From the IMG/VR virus record IMGVR_UViG_2778261538_000002: a stretch of 38,253 bases of DNA. The stretch is one strand, 5' to 3'. This document shows, piece after piece, positions 10,685-19,395 of this stretch. Position numbers and translations under genes: made by a program. The stretch's first letter is position 1, and each line of letters starts with the position of its first letter. This DNA is from a virus (lineage: Duplodnaviria > Heunggongvirae > Uroviricota > Caudoviricetes). Below the pieces are notes generated by a model that searched no databases, was not told where the DNA came from, and worked only from the letters and a program-made list of their open reading frames with translations.

Positions 10685-12084
10685 TACCCCACAGCTATAT
10701 ATGAGAGGTTGAATCCACCGGCACCACTCATCCAGGCCTGAAAACCTGTCCTGGTTTGTGACCCCACGACTATTCCATAAGACATTGTAGTCCCCGGAGC
10801 TGCGCCACCTGACGTGACGTCAGACCACGTTAGATTGACTACTGCCCCTGAAGCAAACGCGATCGGAAATGTAGTGCTTGATAGATTTGAACCAATACTA
10901 AATCCCAGCGATCCCTTTTGAATAATCATTCCACCTACAGTTTTGACCCAATTAGGCCCATAACCCTGAAAGCTCATATCCGGTATCTGATTTACCCCCG
11001 TTCCCACATCCCGTTTTGCCGCTTCTCCCAAACCAAGGTATGCGAGAAGACCAGCAACATCCTTTCCACTCAAATTAGTCAGCGTATTATCCAGCGGTTG
11101 TTTTCCCGCCAGCGAATTGAGCATTGTCGTGGCAAAGTTCGGGTCATTCCCCAGCGCCGCCGCCAGTTCGTTCAGCGTATCCAGTGCCGCAGGTGCAGAA
11201 CCCACCATTGCCGCAATTGCCGATTTCACAAAAGCCGTGGTGGCAATCTGTGTATTGTTGACCGACTGTGCCGCAGTAGGTGCTGTTGGCGTTCCGGTGA
11301 GTGCAGGACTCGACAGCGGTGCTTTGAGTGCCAGCGCATTGTTAATGGTGGTACTGAATTTCGGGTCATTATTAATAGCAGCTGCAATTTCTTTCAGCGT
11401 GTCCAGTGTGGCTGGCGCACCATTAATCAGGGCCATCAGTGCCGCCTGAACAAACGCGGTGGTCGCAATCTGCGTGGTGTTATTCCCCTCCGCAGGTGTT
11501 GGCGCTTTTGGTGTTCCGGTCAATGTCGGGCTTTCTTTGGGTGCATACTGTGAATGCGGGTCCGGTGCGGCAAGGTGTTTTGCCATCAGGTCATCCACAT
11601 ACACCTTCAGCTCCAGTACCTTGTCATCCACATACTTGCGGGTTGCCAGCACTACAGCAGGGTCGATTTTCAGGATGATATTGTCCGTACTGCTGGTAAT
11701 CAGCACCATGCACACGGTCTGGGTACGCCCGCTGCCTTCAGCCAGTTGCGGCTTATAGCTTTCCGGGCAGTTTCCCACGGCAATCAATGCCCCGGACTCA
11801 TCAAACAGGCCCACTTCACGTATCCACCAACCGCCCTCGTTTTCAGGGATCACCTGTTCAGCAATAATCTGGCTACTGTTCTGCGGGTCGATATAAAGCA
11901 TATTCAACGCAGCCCGGCGTTTCTCATTTACCAGTACCGTCTGCTTTGCGTCCGGCGTTGGTAATGTTCCGCCACCATCGCCCACCGCCATATGGGTAAT
12001 TTTAAGCGGCACACCAAGTGCAGTGGCGCTGGCAAGTTTCGCCGCACCAATCTCCGTCAGCAGGGTATAAAATTTTGTGCTCAT
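10681..12084 (-). CDS. H: tail fiber protein
   Basis: 467-aa ORF; conserved N-terminus, two internal tandem repeats (TGTPxAPT...NNTQIATTAFV...LDTL...AAA..NDP), divergent C-terminal receptor-binding part. Confidence 0.88.
   Translation of the reverse strand: MSTKFYTLLTEIGAAKLASATALGVPLKITHMAVGDGGGTLPTPDAKQTVLVNEKRRAALNMLYIDPQNSSQIIAEQVIPENEGGWWIREVGLFDESGALIAVGNCPESYKPQLAEGSGRTQTVCMVLITSSTDNIILKIDPAVVLATRKYVDDKVLELKVYVDDLMAKHLAAPDPHSQYAPKESPTLTGTPKAPTPAEGNNTTQIATTAFVQAALMALINGAPATLDTLKEIAAAINNDPKFSTTINNALALKAPLSSPALTGTPTAPTAAQSVNNTQIATTAFVKSAIAAMVGSAPAALDTLNELAAALGNDPNFATTMLNSLAGKQPLDNTLTNLSGKDVAGLLAYLGLGEAAKRDVGTGVNQIPDMSFQGYGPNWVKTVGGMIIQKGSLGFSIGSNLSSTTFPIAFASGAVVNLTWSDVTSGGAAPGTTMSYGIVVGSQTRTGFQAWMSGAGGFNLSYIAVGY
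11060..11540. repeat. imperfect tandem repeat inside the tail fiber gene (2 units of about 230 bp)
   Basis: two similar DNA segments encoding the repeated about 70-aa fiber module; visible in both DNA and protein. Confidence 0.5.
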
Positions 12085-12686
12085 GGATTCACTCTCACTG
12101 TGTCAATAACGTGGACTGCCCCGCCCTCATGCGCGGTGCCGCCGGAAATAATTGTTTCGTTGATATACGGATAGATCGTGATTTCTTCGCCAAGATAGCT
12201 GGCGGCTCCCACCCAATGCGGGCCGCTGGTCTGCAGATTGATGGACATGCCGATCATGTGACGGCTACATGGTTTGGCATCGCTTATCAGTCGCTCAAGT
12301 TCCAGATAGGTATCTTCGGTGATGCCCTGGTCCTGCACGCCGATATCCAGGCGAAACGTGCCTGGTGTTTCTCCGGTCTGCCACCACTCAATAATGCGGA
12401 TCAGAAAGCCGAACGGCTCCACCACCCGCCGCACGGCACTGGTGGTTCCTTTGTGCTGATGAATATAAAAAGCATCCTTCACCACCTGGCGTTTGACGCT
12501 TTCCGTCCAGTCCTCGTCCCAGCGATCCACAGAGAACGCCCAGGCGAGATAAGGCAGGAAACTGACCGGACAGGTAGCCGGATCCCACAGGTCACGCAGT
12601 GGCACCTGCAGATCAGAAATCCCGCTGCAGGTTTGCGCCAGTCGGCGCTCCAGTGGTGTTGAACCCGGCGGCAGCAAACTATTCAT
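12081..12686 (-). CDS. I: baseplate assembly protein I
   Basis: 201-aa ORF; P2 gpI-like (conserved WDPxTCP...LPYLAWAFSVDRWDE); coupled to J and H. Confidence 0.88.
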   Translation of the reverse strand: MNSLLPPGSTPLERRLAQTCSGISDLQVPLRDLWDPATCPVSFLPYLAWAFSVDRWDEDWTESVKRQVVKDAFYIHQHKGTTSAVRRVVEPFGFLIRIIEWWQTGETPGTFRLDIGVQDQGITEDTYLELERLISDAKPCSRHMIGMSINLQTSGPHWVGAASYLGEEITIYPYINETIISGGTAHEGGAVHVIDTVRVNP

Positions 12687-13587
12687 CCGTTCCTCCGTTG
12701 GTTACGCTCCACTGCGTACATGATGCCGCCTGTGTTTTGTTCAGGACCACATCCGCCAGCGGCGAAGCCAGTTCCACACGCTGCACTCCCTCAACATGCA
12801 GGGCGGCAAAGATGGCGCTACGGCGAATATCCCGACCAAGCCGCGTCTGACTGGCGATGTACTTCTGCAGGCTGGCTTTTGCCGCTGCCATTACCGGCTC
12901 TGCTTCCGGTCCCGGATAAAGAAAAATGGTGGCTTCCACTCGGTACGGGATGATTTCTGCGCTGCGAACCGTCAGACGATCAGCCACCGGGCGGACGTTC
13001 TCACTGTTCAGGGCGTTCTCCACCACATCCAGCAAGTCTTTTTCTGCTGTTCCGTCGCCTTCGCGGCTAAGAACTGTCAGCACCACCTCTGCTGGTGCCG
13101 GACTGGTTGCACTGGCATCCGCCACCCGACCGTCGGCGCTTCGTGCATGAAACTCATAAGCGGCAGTTGGCCCAGCAACAGAAAGCCCTTCAAAGGCTGC
13201 AGGCACACGCAGGCGTAACGCTTCATCACTTTCCATCACAGCCGCAACGGGCGGTACAGCGTCATCATCAGCAGGTGTCACCGTCAGGCGTTTCACGTTG
13301 TAGTTAGCAGCGAGCTGGTCAAGATCGCCGCCCATCGCGTAAGCCACCATCACAGCCTGCGCGGCTTCGTTAATGCGCTGGCGCAGAAGCAACTCACGGT
13401 AAGCGTTCTCCTGCAGCAATTTAGTGACGGGTTCAGATTCCAGTTCCAGCGTACGCATCACTGCTTCCTGCTCATCTTTCGGATGAAGCGCCACAAATTC
13501 TGCCTTGCGTTCGGCAAGCAGCGTCTCAAAGTCCGGCACATCCACAATCTGCGGCGCAGGTAACTGCGAAAGGTCAATCACTGCCAT
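12679..13587 (-). CDS. J: baseplate protein J
   Basis: ORF 12679-13626 trimmed to Met14 (MAVIDLSQLPAP) by analogy with the P2 gpJ N-terminus. Confidence 0.85.
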   Translation of the reverse strand: MAVIDLSQLPAPQIVDVPDFETLLAERKAEFVALHPKDEQEAVMRTLELESEPVTKLLQENAYRELLLRQRINEAAQAVMVAYAMGGDLDQLAANYNVKRLTVTPADDDAVPPVAAVMESDEALRLRVPAAFEGLSVAGPTAAYEFHARSADGRVADASATSPAPAEVVLTVLSREGDGTAEKDLLDVVENALNSENVRPVADRLTVRSAEIIPYRVEATIFLYPGPEAEPVMAAAKASLQKYIASQTRLGRDIRRSAIFAALHVEGVQRVELASPLADVVLNKTQAASCTQWSVTNGGTDE

Positions 13588-13933
13588 TCTCTGCTCCTGT
13601 TGATACGGAAAGGGAAACAGGCACACCGTTATTCCGCCGCCCGGTCAGCTCCACCACCATTGAACCGTCAAAATTGCTGTTGATGGTGATGGAATCCAGC
13701 GTCAGCCGTGGCTCCCAGCGACTCAGCGCGACATACACTGCCGACATGACCTGCAGGCGTAACGCCGGATTTTGTGGCTGGTCTATCAGTGCCGACAGCA
13801 GGGAACCATATTCACGACGGGCAATGCGGCTACCCTGCGGTGTCAGCAGAATGTCCCGCACCGACTGGCGCAGATGGTCAATATCAGTAATAGCTTTACC
13901 GCTGGTATTGTTCATCCCGCTATAAAGCGTCAT
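13574..13933 (-). CDS. W: baseplate wedge protein W
   Basis: 119-aa ORF; P2 gpW-like. Confidence 0.85.
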   Translation of the reverse strand: MTLYSGMNNTSGKAITDIDHLRQSVRDILLTPQGSRIARREYGSLLSALIDQPQNPALRLQVMSAVYVALSRWEPRLTLDSITINSNFDGSMVVELTGRRNNGVPVSLSVSTGAENGSD

Positions 13934-14508
13934 ACCGGTCCTCCGGTTGTATCGCCGCCTTTCAGGACGCCAGTATGCTGATGCGCATCAACCACGATCC
14001 CGTTAGAACTCATTGCACCGCCGCCCTGGGTAACACCACCATTGATCACCACTTCGCTGTTAATTCGCGTGCGGTCAGCCTCCAGCACAAACTCACTGGT
14101 TTTCAGGGTGATATTGTCAGCGGCCTCAATGACCATGGATTTGATGCCTCTGACATACCAGCGCCCGGTAGCGGGTTCGTATTCAAACCAGCCACCGTCC
14201 GGGTACTCAACCACGTTGCCGTCCTCAGAGTCTGAAGGTGGCGGAAACTGATTTGAGTAGACGGCAGGCAGGGCAAACGCGGTTTCCAGATTGCCGCCCA
14301 GGCTGAACAGCACAACCTGCTCGCCCACAGACGGTTTCCACCAGGTGCGCGATTTGCCCGCGCGCAGTGTCAGCCAGTTAATCCAGTTGGTTTCAAGGTC
14401 GCCCGTTTTCACCCGACACAGCCAGTTTGCCCTGTCCACTTCGGTGACTACACCTGTGCGGATCAGGTTGGTGATAAGGCGCATGATTTCGGTAAGTTGT
14501 GCATTCAT
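13930..14508 (-). CDS. V: baseplate spike protein V
   Basis: ORF 13930-14586 trimmed to Met27 (MNAQLTEIMRLI), which matches the gpV N-terminus; ATG read at 14506-14508. Confidence 0.85.
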   Translation of the reverse strand: MNAQLTEIMRLITNLIRTGVVTEVDRANWLCRVKTGDLETNWINWLTLRAGKSRTWWKPSVGEQVVLFSLGGNLETAFALPAVYSNQFPPPSDSEDGNVVEYPDGGWFEYEPATGRWYVRGIKSMVIEAADNITLKTSEFVLEADRTRINSEVVINGGVTQGGGAMSSNGIVVDAHQHTGVLKGGDTTGGPV

Positions 14509-14556
14509 GAGAGCGATCCTTGCACAACCGGGTAGAGTGATGTAATACAGAGCGTA

Positions 14557-14574
14557 TGTATGGAGAACCACACA
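14557..14574. promoter_or_regulatory. TGT-N12-ACA dyad (candidate Ogr box) between V and the divergent cargo gene
   Basis: TGTATGGAGAACCACACA read directly; could serve the V operon late promoter or the cargo gene. Confidence 0.35.
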
Positions 14575-14603
14575 AAAGAGAAACAATTTCTAAGGTATTT
14601 AAG

Positions 14604-15470
14604 ATGACACAAATCGCAATTTATGGATTTAATTTTACTAAAAAAATCACATTTGACGGTGGTGAGTTAACTCCTATTTTCAGTTCATGGAGTGAGTTAA
14701 AAAAAAATGGCTGGGCTAATGATAGGTACATCCTCACTGGTTTTTTCAAACCAAACTCGAATAACTACGCCACTCAACAGCAGCTTATTTTTGATTTACA
14801 AGCAGTCCTTAGTTTTATTGAACAAAAAAATGTAATCATTTCAGGAGAACTTGAAAATGATGAAACCCCTTTCAATTTCAAACCATCTCTACCCAAAAAG
14901 CTTGACAAAAAACGAGATAAGGGTGCGGGCATTATCATCATGGAAGATTATTTTGCACCAAACAGCCGAGAAAATTTTATTTGCTTAGCCATGGAAAAAC
15001 TAAATAGTAAAGCCATGCTAAAACAAGATGCCTTTAGAACATCATTTTTTAAATCAATGCTAGCTTTCCGCGACTCAATAAATTATATCGACGTCAGATA
15101 TTATTTATTATTCTCGGCACTAGAAGCACTTTGCAGATTTATTAAAAATGACTACTCCCCTGCCAAAACACCACAAATAATCACTCAGGTTTTAAAAGAA
15201 TATGGTTTTAATGTCGAAAAAACAGGACATACATTAGCTCAAAGAAACATTATGCATTACTGCAAACTCCGTCACTCGCTGTTCCACAATGGTAAATACA
15301 TTGCCTATCTTGATGAAAAAAACTCAGATGGCAAAATTGAAATTCAAGATTACTCATCAAATTTGAATTTACTGGTGCCACTTGTACTAATGAAATTCAT
15401 AGGATTTGATGACAATTATATAAACTGGGACTCATGGATTGATAGGAATCCATTTATCAGTAAAAAGTAA
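14604..15470 (+). CDS. hypothetical protein, AT-rich cargo gene at the P2 orf30 position
   Basis: 288 aa from Met17 of ORF 14556-15470 (AAGG RBS 8 nt upstream); opposite strand to the flanking tail genes V and S; Lys/Asn-rich composition unlike the neighbours; no motif I recognise. Confidence 0.7.
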   Translation: MTQIAIYGFNFTKKITFDGGELTPIFSSWSELKKNGWANDRYILTGFFKPNSNNYATQQQLIFDLQAVLSFIEQKNVIISGELENDETPFNFKPSLPKKLDKKRDKGAGIIIMEDYFAPNSRENFICLAMEKLNSKAMLKQDAFRTSFFKSMLAFRDSINYIDVRYYLLFSALEALCRFIKNDYSPAKTPQIITQVLKEYGFNVEKTGHTLAQRNIMHYCKLRHSLFHNGKYIAYLDEKNSDGKIEIQDYSSNLNLLVPLVLMKFIGFDDNYINWDSWIDRNPFISKK

Positions 15471-15496
15471 ACTAAATTTTATAAATGTGGTTTTAT

Positions 15497-15943
15497 TTAT
15501 CTCTGTAACCAATTTAGCAAAGCATCCTGAATGACAGTTTCCACATCATCATTTACGCCTAGGAGACGACGCTCTGCGTAACGGACCTCCGGTCCTCTTC
15601 GACTGATGCGATCACGCAGGCCGTAGTGATGAACGCGGGCAATGCGCTGCACCTTGCCTTCAAACTGCACGCTGGCAGAATCGGCGCTGGCGGCAGTTTT
15701 CAGGTATTTTGTGGTTCGCAGCTTTGCAAACATCTGACGTTTGATGCGCCCCTTTTTACTGCGTGCTGTTACCCGTCGCGGTTCATAACTACTGCCATCT
15801 GGATTGCGTTGCATCCTGATGTTCTGCTGCTGTATCCGGCGCAGTTCCTGCGCCAGCTGGCGCATCATGCGGCTTCTTGCGGCTGGCTCCAGATTCGCCA
15901 GCAAGGCACTCAGCCAGTCGTCCACTTTCTGCAGTTCAGCCAC
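15497..15943 (-). CDS. S: tail completion protein S
   Basis: 148-aa ORF; P2 gpS-like. Confidence 0.85.
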   Translation of the reverse strand: MAELQKVDDWLSALLANLEPAARSRMMRQLAQELRRIQQQNIRMQRNPDGSSYEPRRVTARSKKGRIKRQMFAKLRTTKYLKTAASADSASVQFEGKVQRIARVHHYGLRDRISRRGPEVRYAERRLLGVNDDVETVIQDALLNWLQR

Positions 15944-16388
15944 GTTTCACCGTCCACATTTCTTCAGGTTCATCAGGTTCCGCTATAGCTTCAACGCTCG
16001 ACACACTACCGTCAGTGCTGACCAGCACACGCTCCGTCAGTTGCAGGTTCAGGCTGATATCACAGACATCGTTGCGCAGAATATCCACCTCAAGGGTGAA
16101 TAGTTTTTCCCGTAACGCCGGGTTATTGATGGCATCGGGCTGGTTATCCCTCAGCCACAGCAAAACCGGGGCCATCAGCAGATTCTGGTCGCCGCTGAAA
16201 TCTTCAATCACCACGTTCAGGGTGTAGCGGTACTCCCATGACATGGAGCTGGCCCCGGTGGCAACCAGCGAACCGTTATCCACAAACAGATGCAGTTTAT
16301 CCGGGTTATTACGGACATAAGGCACTGCTTTATTGAGGGCGTGGCGCAGGGATTGTGGTTTGTTCACTGTTTCGCTCCTGACACGCAA
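15936..16388 (-). CDS. R: tail completion protein R
   Basis: 150-aa ORF; P2 gpR-like; true start may lie a few codons inside (possible GTG near 16367). Confidence 0.8.
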   Translation of the reverse strand: MRVRSETVNKPQSLRHALNKAVPYVRNNPDKLHLFVDNGSLVATGASSMSWEYRYTLNVVIEDFSGDQNLLMAPVLLWLRDNQPDAINNPALREKLFTLEVDILRNDVCDISLNLQLTERVLVSTDGSVSSVEAIAEPDEPEEMWTVKRG

Positions 16389-16620
16389 TAATCATGTCCA
16401 CTTTGTCTGCACAGACCGCCCAGGCGGCCTCCGTTTCATCCAGCAATGCGTTCAGATCACCGTTATTGTGTGGCGCTGCCTGATCCAGCTGACACGGCGT
16501 CACTCGCGGACAACCACTGACGGTAAGCTGCACCTCCGGTGAGTGCCGGACGTTCCCGCAGCCGGATAATGTCAGCAGGCAAAGGAGTATTAGCCCAGCG
16601 GCGTAAATCCTCGTTCTCAC
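16330..16620 (-). CDS. lysC: o-spanin (LysC/Rz1-like lipoprotein)
   Basis: 96-aa ORF with signal peptide and lipobox LTLSGC, embedded out of frame in the lysB 3' region. Confidence 0.75.
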   Translation of the reverse strand: MRTRIYAAGLILLCLLTLSGCGNVRHSPEVQLTVSGCPRVTPCQLDQAAPHNNGDLNALLDETEAAWAVCADKVDMIIACQERNSEQTTIPAPRPQ

Positions 16621-16891
16621 GTTTCAGTTCCTCAATCCGATGTTGTCGTTGTCTCAGCAGCGCGCTGGTCTGTTCTGCTTCGGCATACAGCCGCGCCTGC
16701 TCCCGGTTATTGGTTTCAGTCAGAATGGACAGGCTGATAAGCTGGCTGTTGCTCTTTGCCAGTGCCTGACTTTTGCTCCGCAGCTCGTCTGCCTGCGTGC
16801 TGATGGTCTGGCTGGCATCAGCCAGCCGCCACGTCTGCCAGCCCAGCGACGCCAGTAATAACGCCAGCACAACCAGCAGCAACCGGTTCAT
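16463..16891 (-). CDS. lysB: i-spanin (LysB/Rz-like)
   Basis: 142-aa ORF with N-terminal TM helix and coiled-coil; ATGA coupling with lysA. Confidence 0.8.
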   Translation of the reverse strand: MNRLLLVVLALLLASLGWQTWRLADASQTISTQADELRSKSQALAKSNSQLISLSILTETNNREQARLYAEAEQTSALLRQRQHRIEELKRENEDLRRWANTPLPADIIRLRERPALTGGAAYRQWLSASDAVSAGSGSATQ

Positions 16892-17265
16892 GCTGCTACC
16901 TGTTGCGCCATCTGATTACGGGTGATCCAGAAGGCAATAACGGTCAGCAGATAAAAGACCAGGGTAATGGCCCACCCCGTCCAGGCGAGACTTACGATAA
17001 TCAGCAATCGCATCACCCAACTGATAAATACGTTTTCTTTTCGGGTAATTGTCTTCAGCAAAGATGCCCTTAACTCCTGCCAGAGCGGGCCATTCTTAAT
17101 TAACGCAGCCAGTGCTACCGGAATTACCGCCCATGTCAGCAAACAGGCTACCCAAACGCCGGACGCTGCCAGTACCGGAAAAATCCCCTGCGGATACACC
17201 ATTGCTGCGATTAACAGCGCCATCCATAACATCAGAAACAGTCCGCTGATTAATTTCTTTTTCAT
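16888..17265 (-). CDS. lysA: lysis regulatory membrane protein LysA
   Basis: ORF 16888-17337 trimmed to Met25 (MKKKLISG); multi-TM protein after the endolysin gene. Confidence 0.75.
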   Translation of the reverse strand: MKKKLISGLFLMLWMALLIAAMVYPQGIFPVLAASGVWVACLLTWAVIPVALAALIKNGPLWQELRASLLKTITRKENVFISWVMRLLIIVSLAWTGWAITLVFYLLTVIAFWITRNQMAQQVAA

Positions 17266-17266
17266 T

Positions 17267-17779
17267 TCAGTTTGCTCCCTGTAAACACCAGGCCATCTCC
17301 CGCGCACGGCGGTTATCCAGCCCCTGATTAAACACACCTTTTACATAAACCCAGCGCGGCAACTGTCGGCACGCATCCGCCCAGCGCCGCTGATTGAGCA
17401 ATTTCACCAGCGTGGAACTGCAGGCATTGCCTGTCCCCACGTTGAAGGCAAATGACACCACCGCGTCATACACTTTCTGCGGTGGCTGTTGCTTCACACA
17501 CCTTTCCAGTGCCCGCTCCACACGCAGCACGTTGGAGATCAGCCCTTCTGCGGCCTGTCGTTCCGTAATGGTTTGGCCTGGAATGACGCCAGATGTATTA
17601 CCAATGCCGTCGGTCCAGACACCCGCGCTGCACTGATACGGCTGCAGACGACAGCCTTCGTAATCTGCAATCAATTTCAGTCCCTCCACGGAGGTGTGAA
17701 GCTGCTGAAAACCCGGCAACGTGGCAGCAATAGCCAGCACGGCCCCGACAAGGCAGCGTTTAACGATTGATGGATTCAT
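17267..17779 (-). CDS. K: endolysin (lysozyme-like)
   Basis: 170-aa ORF with signal-anchor-like N-terminus; P2 gpK-like. Confidence 0.85.
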   Translation of the reverse strand: MNPSIVKRCLVGAVLAIAATLPGFQQLHTSVEGLKLIADYEGCRLQPYQCSAGVWTDGIGNTSGVIPGQTITERQAAEGLISNVLRVERALERCVKQQPPQKVYDAVVSFAFNVGTGNACSSTLVKLLNQRRWADACRQLPRWVYVKGVFNQGLDNRRAREMAWCLQGAN

Positions 17780-17975
17780 AGTCCTCCCGCGAGATCTGCC
17801 CGTCGCGCAGAAGCTGGTAGGCTTTGTGTTTGTAGTACCAGTTGATAGCCAGCATCAGCACACCGATCATCAGGCCGCCCAGCGTTGAGGCATCCTTGAT
17901 GGACAAATCGCCCAGCCAGGCCAGCACGACGGCGATGCAATACGTGATAAAGGCGCTGATTCGCTCAAGCGTCAT
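17760..17975 (-). CDS. Y: holin
   Basis: 71-aa ORF with two TM helices and a charged C-terminus, directly upstream of the endolysin. Confidence 0.75.
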   Translation of the reverse strand: MTLERISAFITYCIAVVLAWLGDLSIKDASTLGGLMIGVLMLAINWYYKHKAYQLLRDGQISREDYESINR

Positions 17976-17978
17976 AAT

Positions 17979-18182
17979 TCAGTCCCATAACTGGACGGTC
18001 TGCACGGTGGTGGTGGTCGGAATGTCCGGCAGCTCCACCTGCAGCCCGTGAGGTAAAAAGGGGCCGTATTCGGCAAGCCCCGGATTTGCCTTCAGTACCT
18101 GTTCCGTGACACCCTGCGTGCGCCCGTAATGACGCCAGCAAAGCGCGTCCACCGTGTCATACTGATGCGCACACACTTTCAT
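17979..18182 (-). CDS. X: tail protein X
   Basis: 67-aa ORF; P2 gpX-like. Confidence 0.8.
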   Translation of the reverse strand: MKVCAHQYDTVDALCWRHYGRTQGVTEQVLKANPGLAEYGPFLPHGLQVELPDIPTTTTVQTVQLWD

Positions 18183-18646
18183 CAGATAAGCTCCACTGTG
18201 CAGTGCGGCGCGTCCTGTACCCGGCTGATGGCCCAGCGGGCGTCACGCCACAAATCACCGCTGGCTTCCGCCAGTTCCTCGCCCCGCTTCACACCAGACG
18301 CCGTGGCGTCATAGTCCTGGTAACGTTCGTTGAGCATGGCGCGTGCCCAGCAGTAAACCGCGTTGAAATAGTGCTGAATGCGCTCACTTTTGCCGTCCAG
18401 TTGTTCCGCCGGAACCTCTGCCAGCGAGGAATACCCCAGCATCTGCTGGCGTCTGCGAAACTCATACAGTTCTGCGTTGACCTCCGAAATTGCCGACAGC
18501 GCAACCTGCTTTAAACGCGGCTGCGTCACCGTGCCGTCAGTGCGCATGACACTGCGAAACTCCGACAGGTCCACATCAGGCCAGAACGGCGTATTCCTGA
18601 TGATTTCCGCCTGTTCCGGTGCCTGTTCTGGCGCAACAAACTTCAT
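18182..18646 (-). CDS. L: head completion protein L
   Basis: ORF 18182-18709 trimmed to Met22, which has an AGGAG RBS about 9 nt upstream; C-terminus (ELWRDxRWAISRVQ) is gpL-like. Confidence 0.8.
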   Translation of the reverse strand: MKFVAPEQAPEQAEIIRNTPFWPDVDLSEFRSVMRTDGTVTQPRLKQVALSAISEVNAELYEFRRRQQMLGYSSLAEVPAEQLDGKSERIQHYFNAVYCWARAMLNERYQDYDATASGVKRGEELAEASGDLWRDARWAISRVQDAPHCTVELI

Positions 18647-18741
18647 GCTGCTTTCTCCTGAAATAGAGGGCGGTGGACGGGGTTTTGATGTGGCAGTGCC
18701 TTTCGCCACCCCGTGCCGCCCGTGCGCGGGGGCACGTTCTG

Positions 18742-19392
18742 TCAGCGGCTGTCATTGCGCAGTCTGCGCTCCAGCTGCTGTTTGTCTTTTTTCACGCCAC
18801 AGCGGGGATCGAGCTGTAACGCATGGTTGAGATGATTAAGGGCGGAAGCCGGGTTGCTTTCACTCAGGACAGCGCCAATCGCTTTATGCAGACGCGCCCG
18901 TGACTGGTCCGGCATATCCAGACCGTCTGTCAGCTCCAGCGTCTGCAGCAACAGATCGGCATCAAAGCCGGTGGCGGCAAGCATTGCGCTCTGCGCCGCG
19001 TCTGCCATTTCCTCTGCCAGCACGGTCTGCACATTGCGATTACCCAGCGGCATCACCCAGCCATGACGCAGGGCATGACGCCCGATCTCCAGCGCCCCGG
19101 CATAATCTCCGGCATCAATGCGCCACAGCATCACGTACATCAGCACGTCATCCTGTTGAGCGCCTCCGGCAGCCAGGACACCCTCTGCCCAGGCGACGTA
19201 TTTCGGCAGCAGCTCCACCTTGATTTCCGCTTTTTTGACCGTGGACTGAACGCCCTTGAGACGGCGGCGGTCTTCCGCCAGTTGCAGCAGCATCAGGTCA
19301 TAGCCCGACGCGTGGCGAACACTGCCGCCCTCGCGGGCGGCCTGTTCAGCCTGAACGCGCAGGCGATGCTGCCGTGCGGGACTCAGGCTCAT
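18742..19392 (-). CDS. M: terminase small (endonuclease) subunit
   Basis: 216-aa ORF; P2 gpM-like. Confidence 0.85.
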   Translation of the reverse strand: MSLSPARQHRLRVQAEQAAREGGSVRHASGYDLMLLQLAEDRRRLKGVQSTVKKAEIKVELLPKYVAWAEGVLAAGGAQQDDVLMYVMLWRIDAGDYAGALEIGRHALRHGWVMPLGNRNVQTVLAEEMADAAQSAMLAATGFDADLLLQTLELTDGLDMPDQSRARLHKAIGAVLSESNPASALNHLNHALQLDPRCGVKKDKQQLERRLRNDSR

Positions 19393-19395
19393 GGA

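Noticed and set aside
10918-11553. 211-aa Cys/Arg-rich ORF antisense to the tail fiber gene
   Set aside because: Produced by the repeat-containing fiber sequence read on the opposite strand; not protein-like.
13930-14586. Extended 218-aa version of gene V starting at 14586
   Set aside because: The first 26 codons (MFLFCVVLHTYALY...) do not resemble gpV and would run into the promoter region; the Met27 start matches the conserved N-terminus.
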